Assembly: GCA_047495785.1 (NCBI GenBank)
Contig: JBLDXI010000029.1
Coordinates: 2,542,001 to 2,606,000 of the forward strand
DNA length: 64,000 nucleotides
Direction: 5' to 3'
Source: Lepidodermella squamata
Lineage: Eukaryota > Animalia > Gastrotricha
Shown: in pieces, positions 37,918 to 48,755 of the stretch
Position numbering within the stretch: the first letter of the stretch is position 1
Layout: each line of letters opens with the position of its first letter
The notes under the pieces: generated by a model
Database searches by the model: none
Seen by the model: the letters and a program-made list of their open reading frames with translations, nothing else
Told to the model about the DNA's origin: nothing
Position numbers and translations under genes: made by a program

Positions 37918-38637
37918 GGTTACGGCGTCAACTTGAGTAAGGGAGAAGGCATGGGATACAAACAGCCGCGAATCGTCGCTTAATGAAACTGCGAAGATTT
38001 CCGAGTCGCCAATAGTCGGAATTGTTACTTCTATCGTCGCGTTGCCGATCGCCTTACCTATCGGGAAGAACCCAATTACATTTTTCGCATAGAAAACCGA
38101 GTACAAGAAGCCTGTATCCGAGCCTACAGCGCTGAGGAACGTGTTTGAGGGCAAGTAGCTATACGTGTCAAACTGGAATGTCTCCACATCGCCGAAGTTA
38201 TCCTTGCCCAAATTGACAGAAATCAACTGAACTCGAGTTTTGATCTCCGGTGTTAAAGATTCGCAGCGGACGTACAACGCGGCTGAATTGCCGCTTTCTG
38301 CTATCGCTGGCTGGCCGCATTTATACGCCGAGTCGAAAGAACCAGCTACAGCTACAACCTTAAACCGATTGCCACTATCTGCGTCGTACATGTAAAGCTT
38401 GCCCTGGTCGTCGATTTGGAAAATTGTTCCATTGTAGGCCACGATTTGGTCATTTGACGTGAAATTCGAATCGAGAACCACGTCGAATTTACGCATAAGC
38501 TCGATGCCGTTATTTGCTACAACAGAATCAGCCTTATAGCCAGTGTGAGCTTGATCGCCCCCTGCGTTTGACCATGATGACTTGAGGTCAGCATGAGCCG
38601 TAGCCAAAATGAGAGAAATAAATGCCAGTAATTTCAT
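37918..38637 (-). pseudogene. 3'-truncated PQQ-type beta-propeller gene, copy 2
   Basis: MKLLAFISLILATAHADLKSSWSNAGGDQAHTGY...; homology to copy 1 stops at VDAVT. Confidence 0.65.
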
Positions 38638-39528
38638 AACGGTATGAAGCTTGAGTATAAACACAGGAGCTGATTGTGCCTTTTTATGCTGCCTGAGATG
38701 AATCACGATGAATTCAGAGCTCTAGTTGGCAGATATATCGGTCTACTCAGACGTATATGGGGGAGTTGCGTATGAGGCAAAAGGCGGTTCCGCAGAGCAT
38801 ATATGTCTACGCACTTGTGTGTTTTGTTACTCAATACAAAGTCCACCATGAGGTGTGGTAAAAAAAAAGACAACCAAATTGTCCTTATTGGGACCAGCGT
38901 ACAGTATGATGCAGCTGATTAATCCGTTTAATCATATTCGCGAACAATTTTTTTCCAGATATCTTCTATGGCGGAACCAAATTTCAATTGGCACCAAACG
39001 CTAACTTAAGGTAGTGCAATTTTCTAATCATATTGAGATGATGAAATTGACAATGGCGTGGGTGTTTTTGTGTTATTCAACCCGGCTTGCCCGAATGGTG
39101 GATAGCTGGACCTGAAGCCCGTGCATGTTTGTTTATCCTGCCCGCATCGTCCAACTTTCCCGGTTCGCCTGCGGATCCATTCAGCCCATTTGCTAAGCTT
39201 GTCGCATTTCTCAGTCCAACTCGCCTAGTGTGAAAAAGAGGCCAAGGGATCGAGCAAAAGCTGGTGGGGCATGCGATTTGACAGCAAATACGAAAATAAG
39301 GTGATTTTTTAATCCCAGCAGGAGATAAGCCGTGATAGGAAGTACCTCAAAGGTGATACAGTGATTATCAACAATTCAAAAACCCCAATTGGATTTACCA
39401 TCGGTGTTGGTAAAAAGCTTGGTGTAATTTGAAATCCTGGTGGAATCTAATAAAACACTGCGACGCGACTGCTATGCATGCGATACAGTCCATATTTTGC
39501 AATTATTTTACGACTGTGAACTGAAGAA

Positions 39529-39578
39529 ACAAATATGGAACGCTTCACGATTTTGCGTGTCATCCTTGCGCAGGGGCC

Positions 39579-39617
<39 letters not shown>

Positions 39618-39634
39618 CCAAGTCGAAGATTGAC
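39529..39634 (-). ncRNA. U6: U6 snRNA variant/probable pseudogene, copy 3
   Basis: Core matches the other copies, but the 5' stem reads GTCAATC-TTCG-ACTTGGC (2 mismatches) and the 3' end reads TATTTGTTT (broken T-run). Confidence 0.85.
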
Positions 39635-40773
39635 AATAACGAAGACTCAGACCAGCTATTTAAACGAAATCCGCGCTGTCGAAAAATTTCAGTTTATCTG
39701 ATTTGAATATTCATAATTCCGGTTGTGTAAATTGTAGTTGAAAAGAAGTTAGTAAGTCTCTAGAAACGAACTAGCTACGCCAAAATTAAGAGTAGCAAAG
39801 ATCATTTTATTTGAAACGACACCATGAAAGAAGAAAATTATAATTTTCTGCCCATAGAGAATAGAGTTACCAGAGAGGAAACTCCAATAAGAAGCTTGAA
39901 GTTTTAATTCTTTGCGCGATTTTGATAAAATTGTCATTAAGCCGGATTCTTTTCATCTCAAACATGCACTTTTACAGCTAAAATTAGGGCGTTTTTCAGC
40001 GAGCTATACCCACCAGACCCCATCATGGATTTTCGATTTTCTTGCTGAAATCGATAGATAATGGTTTCGACTCTAACCTTGTCAAGGGAATCTATTCGGA
40101 AATGAACGGTTATGATGCTATAGCGATTTTCCCGAAGTGTGGTGGGAAATCCGCTGAAAAACGCCCTAGTTTTAGCTGTAAAAGTAGGATCCTACTAAGC
40201 TCGTACTTAGGTCTCAGGAGACTGACCTTTCAGAGCACATATCAGGTTAGCACGTATAATGCTAAATGTTGACAAATGAGAGAAAAATCTGAGAAAAATT
40301 ATAGCCAGTTTTTACAAGTTCAAGTGAGAATAGTGAGAATAGTGAGAAGTTTTGTGATTTTGCATCGCGCGAGGAAAGCTGCAATTACGCAATAAAAGGA
40401 CGCGCAATGCGCGTAAATTCAACCAGACAATAGGAGCGCGCGCGGAGGAAACACCGGCGGGCCGGAAAATGTGCGAGAATTTTAATGAGAATAGTAAGAG
40501 GAACAATTGAGAAATCAAAAGAAGACACCAGTTATCATGAGACATCAATGAGGGCCGGATAAAAGAAACCACACGTGGCAAATAGCTGCTAACGATTCAT
40601 TTCATGCTTATTCATATTAACCGCATTCATTCATTCCTTATTCATTATAACCATGAATTGAATGAATAACCTCTGCTATGAAATGAATCAATAGCGCAGC
40701 TATTTGCCGCAAAAACGTTGCGTTGTTGCAAGTCTGATATATTAATTCGGTTTAAAAGTATTGCAACGACAAA

Positions 40774-42644
40774 ATGATGAGCCAAAATTTGGTTTACACC
40801 TCCTACGACACTTTCTCGAGAGACCTGAACTCCTGGAGATGGGACGCTTTCAGATTTCTGGACATGGAAGGTCGGGCGCAGTTTGAAAGAAAGAAAAAGC
40901 CGTATTGCTTCCATTTTGTACAGAATCTTACAATGAAGACGCAGCTCGCGTTGTAATTACCTTCAAGTATTACGAAGCTTTCCTGCAAGACTTTGGCAAG
41001 GAAATTTTCGGGGTAAAGTTAAACACTGGCAACCCGTTCATCTTCAGAGTTAAATCGTCTGAAATCAATCCGCAAGCAGTACCACTCTGGAATATATTCA
41101 AAACCAAGGCATTCAGGTAAAGTTAAGCTCATAACTCACGCCCTTGATAAAATTGTTTCCTACGGAATGCTCAACCCCTCAAAACAAATAAACTGTAACA
41201 TTAGTTTCACTAGATCAACAGGTCCCTAAATATCTTTCATATTTTCACACCTCCTATGCCTAAAGCGAGGGGGTACTACAATTATTTAGCTACCGAAAAG
41301 ACGTCAAAATTTGGACGGGCTGAGTTTGGACATTCGAGCCTTGAGCTTTCCGACGGTATCAAATTGGATACATCTTTCTCGCATTTTAAATTTATGAAAA
41401 TTTACCGAAGCTGTGCCACTATCCTATGCGTTTTGGGAGCCTCCTTGCCATAGGTAAACCCGGGATCCGTCAGGGCTGGGCTTTTTACTCCATGACCAGC
41501 AAATGAGCGTCCAACTTCAAACCTAATTGTCCAAATTTATGCATAACTGAAATCAAAGGCAATGTTATAGTTTGTATATAACACAGTATACCAATAAAAG
41601 GTTTTCTCTCTCTTAAAATCAGATCCCAAATTATAGGAAAAATTCAGCTAATTCCAAAATGACAGCGCGAAGGCTCTGCAGTTTTGCCAGAAAAATTTAA
41701 CTCGACCTTGTTTTTTAGAGTAAAAAAACCTGTTTTTTGTCCCAATTAAGAACGTTTACGATCTTTTTCCAGTGAAATTTTCACAAACGATCAAAATCCA
41801 TGCAAGCAGCAGCTGACTTTGCAAAACGGAAAAGATAAGGACAGCCGTTTCAGCTTACTCTGCGCGGAATTGACTCCACCTCAAAACCTTTGCTGGTTCG
41901 ACTGGCATTGCTTTTTTTACGGCGTCCGCTGTGCGTTGGGGCACGGAGACGCAGAAGAAACTCTCTTTCGGGGATGCTTACCTCAAGATCGAAGGGCGAA
42001 AATTAGACAGGTATTTATAACTTTACTCTTTCTTGTCAAAACTCAACGATAGCAAGTAGGCTTTGAATGCAGTCGTCTCCAACGGCATACTATGCGGGTA
42101 TCAAAGCACAGAGAACAGGATTGCATTCATAGAGAATCTTATCAAACGGCTGCCGTTTTTGGGCACGATGTTGACGTGGAAATCTTCTAAACCAAAACGG
42201 AAAAAGTACGCACAATATTCTCGTCTGGGAGGGACGCTAGCTGTAATCGGTCAAACTTCAGCTGTTGTTTCCGTTGGCATTTTTGCCGCTTTGCTGCGAC
42301 TTGAGCCAAAGTCATTCGTCCGTGCTCAAAAAGTTGCACTCGGACTGGGCATAGCACTCGGCACTGCGACGTACGCTTTCGGATTTCAAGTGAAACGGAC
42401 ATTTGGAGAGCTGGCTGGAAATCGAGAAGCAGGTCTTCATCAGTGGCGGTGGGCGAAAGACATGCTGGCAATGCTTGATTACGCCGAGTTGATGTTGAAG
42501 GAGAAAAACCCAAAAACCTATGACAGGCAGCGCTTTTCCTACGCCGTCAAGTTCTGGATGCCACAAATGTTGTACGCTCTTGCGACGACGTTGATGAACA
42601 AAGTGAAAAACGAGGACAAGCGCTTACGGGCAAATATACCTTAA
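40774..42644 (+). CDS. Orphan 2-TM protein, copy 2 (4 exons)
   Basis: Near-identical to 33248-35069 with intact splice sites; few substitutions (V>A, R>G). Confidence 0.65.
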
Positions 42645-43769
42645 TCAGTAGATTAGATTTGAGCGTTCTGTTTGAGTCATTTTTGTTTGATTTGTTTTCA
42701 GTTCCCTCACAACTGCAACAAAATAGGGCAATGGACGTCATTTTAACGTCATCAAAGCATTCAAAACTGTCAAATCTAATCCACTGGAAATAATAAGATA
42801 TCTCTCTATGCTATGCCTTGAACCCTTGAATAATTAAGTAAAAACGACAACATCAATATTGGGATAAACGCATTGACTAAGCCGTCAAAGGTTTTCGAAA
42901 GCTCTCGAATCGCTTTTTCAGAAAGAACGGATATTTTTATTCGGTCAAGATTCAGTCGAGTCATCGCAAGCTTGAAGCGAGCCATTCGGAGTCGAAATAA
43001 ACTTGTCTGTGTTCACAAAAAAAAGATCTTTTTTACTACATATTTTGGCAAAAGTCTCTAACCTTTGATGCCATAAAACTTTAGTCGCGATTTTTCACGT
43101 AGGGCTGAATGGCTTTGTCCAAATACAAATTAATGTCCATTCTATAAAAGAAAAATATATTATACAATTCAAACTGCATCGAAAAGTCAGAATTTGGTAG
43201 TTAGAAAAATCACGTTTTGAATTCTATGTAAAAAGTCGCGTAGTTACATAGCATCATTTCAACGTAATTTTAATTCCATCGATTTTCACCGCAGTTTGCA
43301 CTCCACTTTTTAGCATCAAGGTCTTGGATTCACCACGATTCTTCAAAACAATAAACTGATAATTAATGACCGTGGTCACTCTCAAACAATTTCTCCACTT
43401 TTTAGATATAAAAATACGTTTTTACGTGTAATGTTTTGGGTGTAATGTCGATAAAATTCCAGTTGATTTCCATCTCACCTTGTTACATGTAAACTATTCA
43501 CTTAACATCGATGAATTTCGGCTCAATTCCTCGTGGAAGCGCGACATTATTCCAGGTAAAAACAACCGCCATCTAGCTACATCCGCCATTACATGTCGAA
43601 AATGCGTCTTTACCTGTAAAAATGTCGGCTTTACAGCTAATGCCGCCCAGTTTTTTCTGTGCGGGAATGACCTCAATTCTCTGCCAACTTTTCAAAACTT
43701 GCGGAATTTTTACTTTCAAAATGCTCTTTGTGAAACAAAAATGACTTTGAAAATAAAAAGAGGCTTCAG

Positions 43770-43820
43770 CTGATTTGAGAAAATGTAAACTGCTCAGCAG
43801 TTTACATTTTCTCAAATCAG
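43770..43820. repeat. Perfect 25-bp inverted repeat with 1-nt spacer
   Basis: ctgatttgagaaaatgtaaactgct-c-agcagtttacattttctcaaatcag. Confidence 0.9.
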
Positions 43821-43954
43821 TGGGAAAAATGAAACTCGCAAACTAGCGTTTTCGATACTTTATAACATCAAACAGTATTTATAGCAGTTAAACAAGTTTT
43901 GTTTTACAGATAAACTGCGTCCCTGGCAGGTTGGCCCGCCTACTTTCCTCGCTG

Positions 43955-44687
43955 CCGGTTACGGCGTCAACTTGAGTAAGGGAGAAGGCATGGGATACAA
44001 ACAGCCGCGAATCGTCGCTTAATGAAACTGCGAAGATTTCCGAGTCGCCAATAGTCGGAATTGTTACTTCTATCGTCGCGTTGCCGATCGCCTTACCCAA
44101 TTACATACCCACGGGAAGAACCCAATTACATTTTTCGCATAGAAATCCGAGTACAAGAAGCCTGTATCGGAGCCTACAGCGCCGAGGAACGTGTTTGAGG
44201 GCAAGTAGCTATACGTGTCAAACTGGAATGTCTCCACATCGCCGAAGTTATCCTTGCCCAGATTGACAGAAATCAACTGAACTCGAGTTTTGATCTCCGG
44301 CGTTAAAGATTCGCATCGTACGTACAACGCGGCTGAATTGCCGCTTTCTGCTATCGCTGGCTGGCCGCATTTATACGCCGAGTCAAAAGAACCAGCTACA
44401 GCTACAACCTTCAACCGATTGCCACTATCTGCGTCGTGCATGTAAAGCTTGGCCTGGTCGTCGATTTGGAAAATCGTTCCCTTGTAGGCCACGATTTGGT
44501 CATTTGACGTGAAATTCGAATCGAGAACCACGTCGAATTTACGCATAAGCTCTATGCCGTTACTTGCTACAACAGAATCAGCCTTATAGCCAGTGTGAGC
44601 TTGATCGCCCCCTGCGTTTGACCATGATGACTTGAGGTCAGCATGAGCCGTAGCCAAAATGAGAGAAATAAATGCCAGTAATTTCAT
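43955..44687 (-). pseudogene. 3'-truncated, frameshifted PQQ-type beta-propeller gene, copy 3
   Basis: Near-identical to copy 2 but with a small insertion at ~44100 shifting the frame after IGFFP. Confidence 0.65.
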
Positions 44688-45400
44688 AACGGCATGAAGC
44701 TAGAGTATAAATATATCGGCAAGTCGACGAGGATTTGTAAGATGATGACTAAAGCCTCACTAGGTTTCACTGGAGCTGATTGTGCCTTTTTTATGCTGCC
44801 TAAAAGATGAATCACGATGAATTCAGAGCTCTAGTTGGCAGATATATCGGTCTACTCAGACGTATATGGCGGATTTGCCCATCGGGCAATAGGCGGTTCC
44901 GCAGAGCATATATGTCTACGCACTTGTGTGTTTTGTTACTCAATACAAAGTCCACCATGAGGTGTGGTAAAAAAATAGACAACCAAATTGTCCTTCGTGG
45001 TACCAGCGTACAGTATGATGCAGCTGATTAATCCGTTTAATCATATTTGCGGACAATTTTTCTAAGCTTGTCGCATTTCTAAGCCATAGTCCAACTCGCC
45101 TAGTGTGAAAAAGAGGCCAAGGGATCGAGCAAAAGCTGGTGGGGCATGCGATTTGACAGCAAATACGAAAATAAGGTGATTTTTAATCCCAGCAGGAGAT
45201 AAGCCGTGATAGGAAGTACCTCATAGGTGATACGGTGATTATCCAAAATTCTCAAACCTCAATTGGATTTACCATCGGCGTTGATAAAAAGCTTGGTGTA
45301 ATTTGAAATCCTGGAATCTAATAAAACACTGCGACGCGACTGCTATGCATGCGATACAGTCCATATTATTTTGCAATTGTCACCACTGTGAACTGAAGAT

Positions 45401-45450
45401 AAAAATATGGAACGCTTCACGATTTTGCGTGTCATCCTTGCGCAGGGGCC

Positions 45451-45489
<39 letters not shown>

Positions 45490-45506
45490 CCAATCCGAAG
45501 ATTGAC
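45401..45506 (-). ncRNA. U6: U6 snRNA, copy 4
   Basis: Body matches copy 1, with intact stem and T5 terminator. Confidence 0.97.
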
Positions 45507-45755
45507 AATAACGAAGACTCAGACCAGCTATTTAAACGAAATCCGCGCTGTAGTACATTTTCAAGTGATCTGTTTTGACTATTCATAATTCGCGTTTCAA
45601 TTGGAAATAAAAGAAATTAGCCAGTTCGTCGCTAGAAACGAGCTGGCTGTCTCAAAATTAAGACCATTAAAGATCGTATCAAATTTATTTCAATTTTAGA
45701 CTTGGGAATAAATTATCATTGAAGAATGTAATTTCAACACCTTTCTGAAATGTTT

Positions 45756-45866
45756 TTATTTAGCGGGGGCAGCACCGGTTTCGACGGCAACCGAGTAGGA
45801 GAAGTTGTTCGAGGCCGAGTAGCTGCCGCTCTTGCTGCCCTTGCGGCCCTTCTTGCCGTGCTTGCC
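45756..45866 (-). pseudogene. 3' fragment of Lys/Gly/Ser-rich gene (copy F), cut at 45866/45867
   Basis: [36 protein letters not shown] plus the family 3' UTR; homology ends sharply before AGTAGT. Confidence 0.85.
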
Positions 45867-46729
45867 AGTAGTAATACTACGCCGGAGCTGGCTCACCCAC
45901 CTGAAAATGAAATTTCCAGCTCCTAGCATATTCTCCGCAGAAAATTTTCGGCTTTTGCATGGGGTTTTACGAAATGCATAAAACGGCGCCAAAGAGTCAA
46001 AATCGCCTCCGAAGCATATCCAAGTCGAATTTAAATCAATTATTTCGATCATCAAATTTTCAGCTCCTTAAAATTCAAAAACAGCCCTAAAAAGGGGTAA
46101 TTTCTAGAACAGCGGCTATCTATTGAATTTGCACCAGATATGAATTGCCTTCAGTGTTTTTTTTTTCACAGACAAGCCATCTATTCAGAATAAAATTTAT
46201 GCGCTCAGCAGATAGGAATTGCCGGAGCTGAGCCACTTGACGGCTTACGCCCTTTTTGGCAATTCGAGCCTGACCATGGAAATTGGCAAAACATTTCAAG
46301 GACGTTTTGAATAAATATTTAATGAGTTTGAAATTGCTGGAAAGATGAGTTATGACAATTCCGCGTCCGCAAATGAGGACAAAATTTCGGTGTAAGGGGG
46401 GGAGTATTAGATGCGCAAAACATACATGAGCGAGTTATGACTCATCACACACACAACACTTCCCTAAAATAACACTATAAAATGAGACAAACGCACATAT
46501 AAATGGGCCGAGCCCACTGGCATAATCAAAAGCCCATTGAAAGGTGAATCGGCTACGTTCTGTATCAATGGCGTTGCCAACGTCATTGTCGCGAATTCAA
46601 AGGCATTGAGAACCTATACAGCTGTGATTTGACACACCTGGTCAATGAAAGCTCTGCAAAAGTAAGTATTCTATATAATTTAATTTTCTGCTCGAATATA
46701 AGCTCGTCTGGCGCATTGCTAGCATTCCG

Positions 46730-47586
46730 ATGGATGCCTCCATTTGCGCAGTAAATTATTATTCAACCAACTCAGGTAGCAAGAAGATCAGCATAGGAAA
46801 AGAGTGGAATAAGAAGAAAGACCCAGCGCCTCATTTGAGCTGCTTATATCTAGCTTACAAATACCGGCAACGTCAATCACGGTTTCTCGTTCGATTGCAG
46901 CGAGAGTTTACAACCAAATTTGGCATAAAAATTGTTCCAGCGTACGGTACATTGTTAGGTAAGGGCTTTATATCGAATCTGCAATCATTTATCGATTGAT
47001 TTGGCAAAAGGCTTCATGCGGGAAGGGGATATAATTCCCTTCGACGATGATCTGGATTTGTTTGTTACGAAGACTCAATTTGGCGATTTAATGCAGTTTT
47101 ACGAGCAAGGCAGGCCAATAAAAAAACAGAAGGATCAAAGAATAGTCAAGATCGAAGGAACGGATGGAAAAATGAAAACATGGGTGCTTGGAATTGAAAG
47201 AGGCGATCGGAAAGAAATTTCACACATATCTGTATATTCATGGCAAACGAACATCGTACAATGGCCGTTTGCAGAATTTTTTCTGGATGAGCGATTTCAT
47301 GTAACTAATTGACATATTTTAATCCTGCTTGTCATTTTAATTTTTGCAGGAAAACACGAAATTGACTGCGGAAACCGTGAAACTCAAGGCTGATTCAGGA
47401 ACTGAGTTCAGATACTATCTACCCGATTTCTGGCGGGAGTTTCTTGTTGAAAATTATGGTGATGATTGGCAAACCGTGGTGAAAATTGCCGGTGGACACA
47501 GAACAGACCACGACAAGAACTTGCAGAGCTCAAAAAACTGTTGCTATGATTTCAGAACAGGATTACTAGTAGCGCAGCGAGCCTGA
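46730..47586 (+). CDS. LicD/fukutin-family nucleotidyltransferase-fold protein (at least 3 exons; 5' end uncertain)
   Basis: AYGTLLG|(intron)|FMREGDIIPFDDDLD matches the LicD GTLLGxxRxxxxIPxDxDxD motif; C-terminal FLVENYGDDW; second intron 47301-47349. Confidence 0.72.
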
Positions 47587-47702
47587 GATTGAGTGAGATC
47601 CTCAGATTTTCAGATTTTCTTTCCCACCTAGATAATGATGTATCCAAGGAGCAGTAAACTGCACAAATTTGATGTGTCTCTTCCGCTTCTGGCTCAAAAG
47701 CT

Positions 47703-47840
47703 CAAAATGTGCCTATCGACAACGTTTTTCAACGACCCACGTTGTGGTTGAAAACTTGTCCAAATATTACGAGTCATATATCATTCGAAAGCCAGTAAAG
47801 TACAGATTAAAAAATTGGGATTGGAATTTCAAGTTTCGCT
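47703..47840 (+). repeat. Copy of the ~180-bp repeat unit also present at 62.96-63.21 kb (direct orientation)
   Basis: 47769-47840 matches 63000-63071 with one mismatch; caaaatgtgcct is shared with 63107-63118. Confidence 0.85.
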
Positions 47841-48088
47841 AACGTTTGTTGCAATCTTACGATACAGTGGCCGTATCCTTCAACTGTCGTGATGTCTTGA
47901 ACTGTACTATTCCAGCAGCTAAAACATGTCTCTGAAAATTGCGCGTTCACGAATGAGGACAAAATTACGGTGTAAGGGGGGAGTATTCGTGGGAAGACGT
48001 GAGCACACCTTACAAAAGAAATGTAGTTTTCCTTTTCTTTAATTCAATTTTTGTCAGAATCTATGCAGGTGTAAATGAGCCGGTTATA

Positions 48089-48755
48089 TTAAATTACGTA
48101 TAATTCAGCATGGTTACTGTTATGATATACAAATATAATTGGTAATAATATTGTCACAATTAAGGTGATCTTAGCAGCCTCGTTTTTTATACCCTTGGAC
48201 TTTGGGGTAGACGACGACCAGCTGGTCGACCAGCTTGTCAACCAACCGGAGCGGGACCACGCGGAAGACGCCCATGCAGTCCATTGACTCTGCAATTTTG
48301 CATCGCTCCAAGCGAGCCAAGAAGGTGTGTAGGAGTTCGAAGCCGTAATTCTGGTATCTAACAGCGTTGTTGTAGGGTTGCAAAAGTCGTTGCTATTTGA
48401 ACACCCTGCGGAACAACAGACACAGAATAAAGCCCATCCAGGGTCATCATAATTTATCTCTTCTGTAACCACAGGATATTTAGTCCGACTTTCTATACAT
48501 GTTGGTACATAGGTGGCTAGGATGCAATTGTAGGCAAATTTTATTTCGGAGCCTTTCGAAGGTCGTGAGATGGTTACAGAAACCTGCAAGCGTGACATTT
48601 AGAAGAAAGCTCTTTAATGAATAACCTATTCTTACAGCGCATTGACCACATCCTCCAACTGTCGTAGCATCTGTAGTCGAACCGTTCAGGCAACTGAAAC
48701 CAGAGCTTGTACTTATTGACTGTACAAGAACTACCAGTAAGATTATGCAGTACAT
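48089..48755 (-). CDS. Secreted/membrane Cys-rich (Ly6-like) protein with Trp/Ser-rich stalk (exons 48636-48755 and 48089-48583)
   Basis: Signal peptide, FSC...CGQC, phase-0 52-nt intron, CVCC...FCN, WxxW-rich segment, C-terminal hydrophobic anchor. Confidence 0.7.

Larger units (their letters stand above)
32527..45600. repeat. Tandem segmental duplication: ~32527-39720 vs ~40065-45600 (orphan gene + truncated propeller + U6)
   Basis: Long near-identical collinear blocks, seen as duplicated ORFs 33119/40645, 34488/42063, 37601/43480 and 37837/44070. Confidence 0.92.

Noticed and set aside
45756-46055. 99-aa ORF fusing novel sequence to the Lys/Gly C-terminus
   Set aside because: Chance read-through across an insertion junction; no signal peptide or codon bias in the new part.
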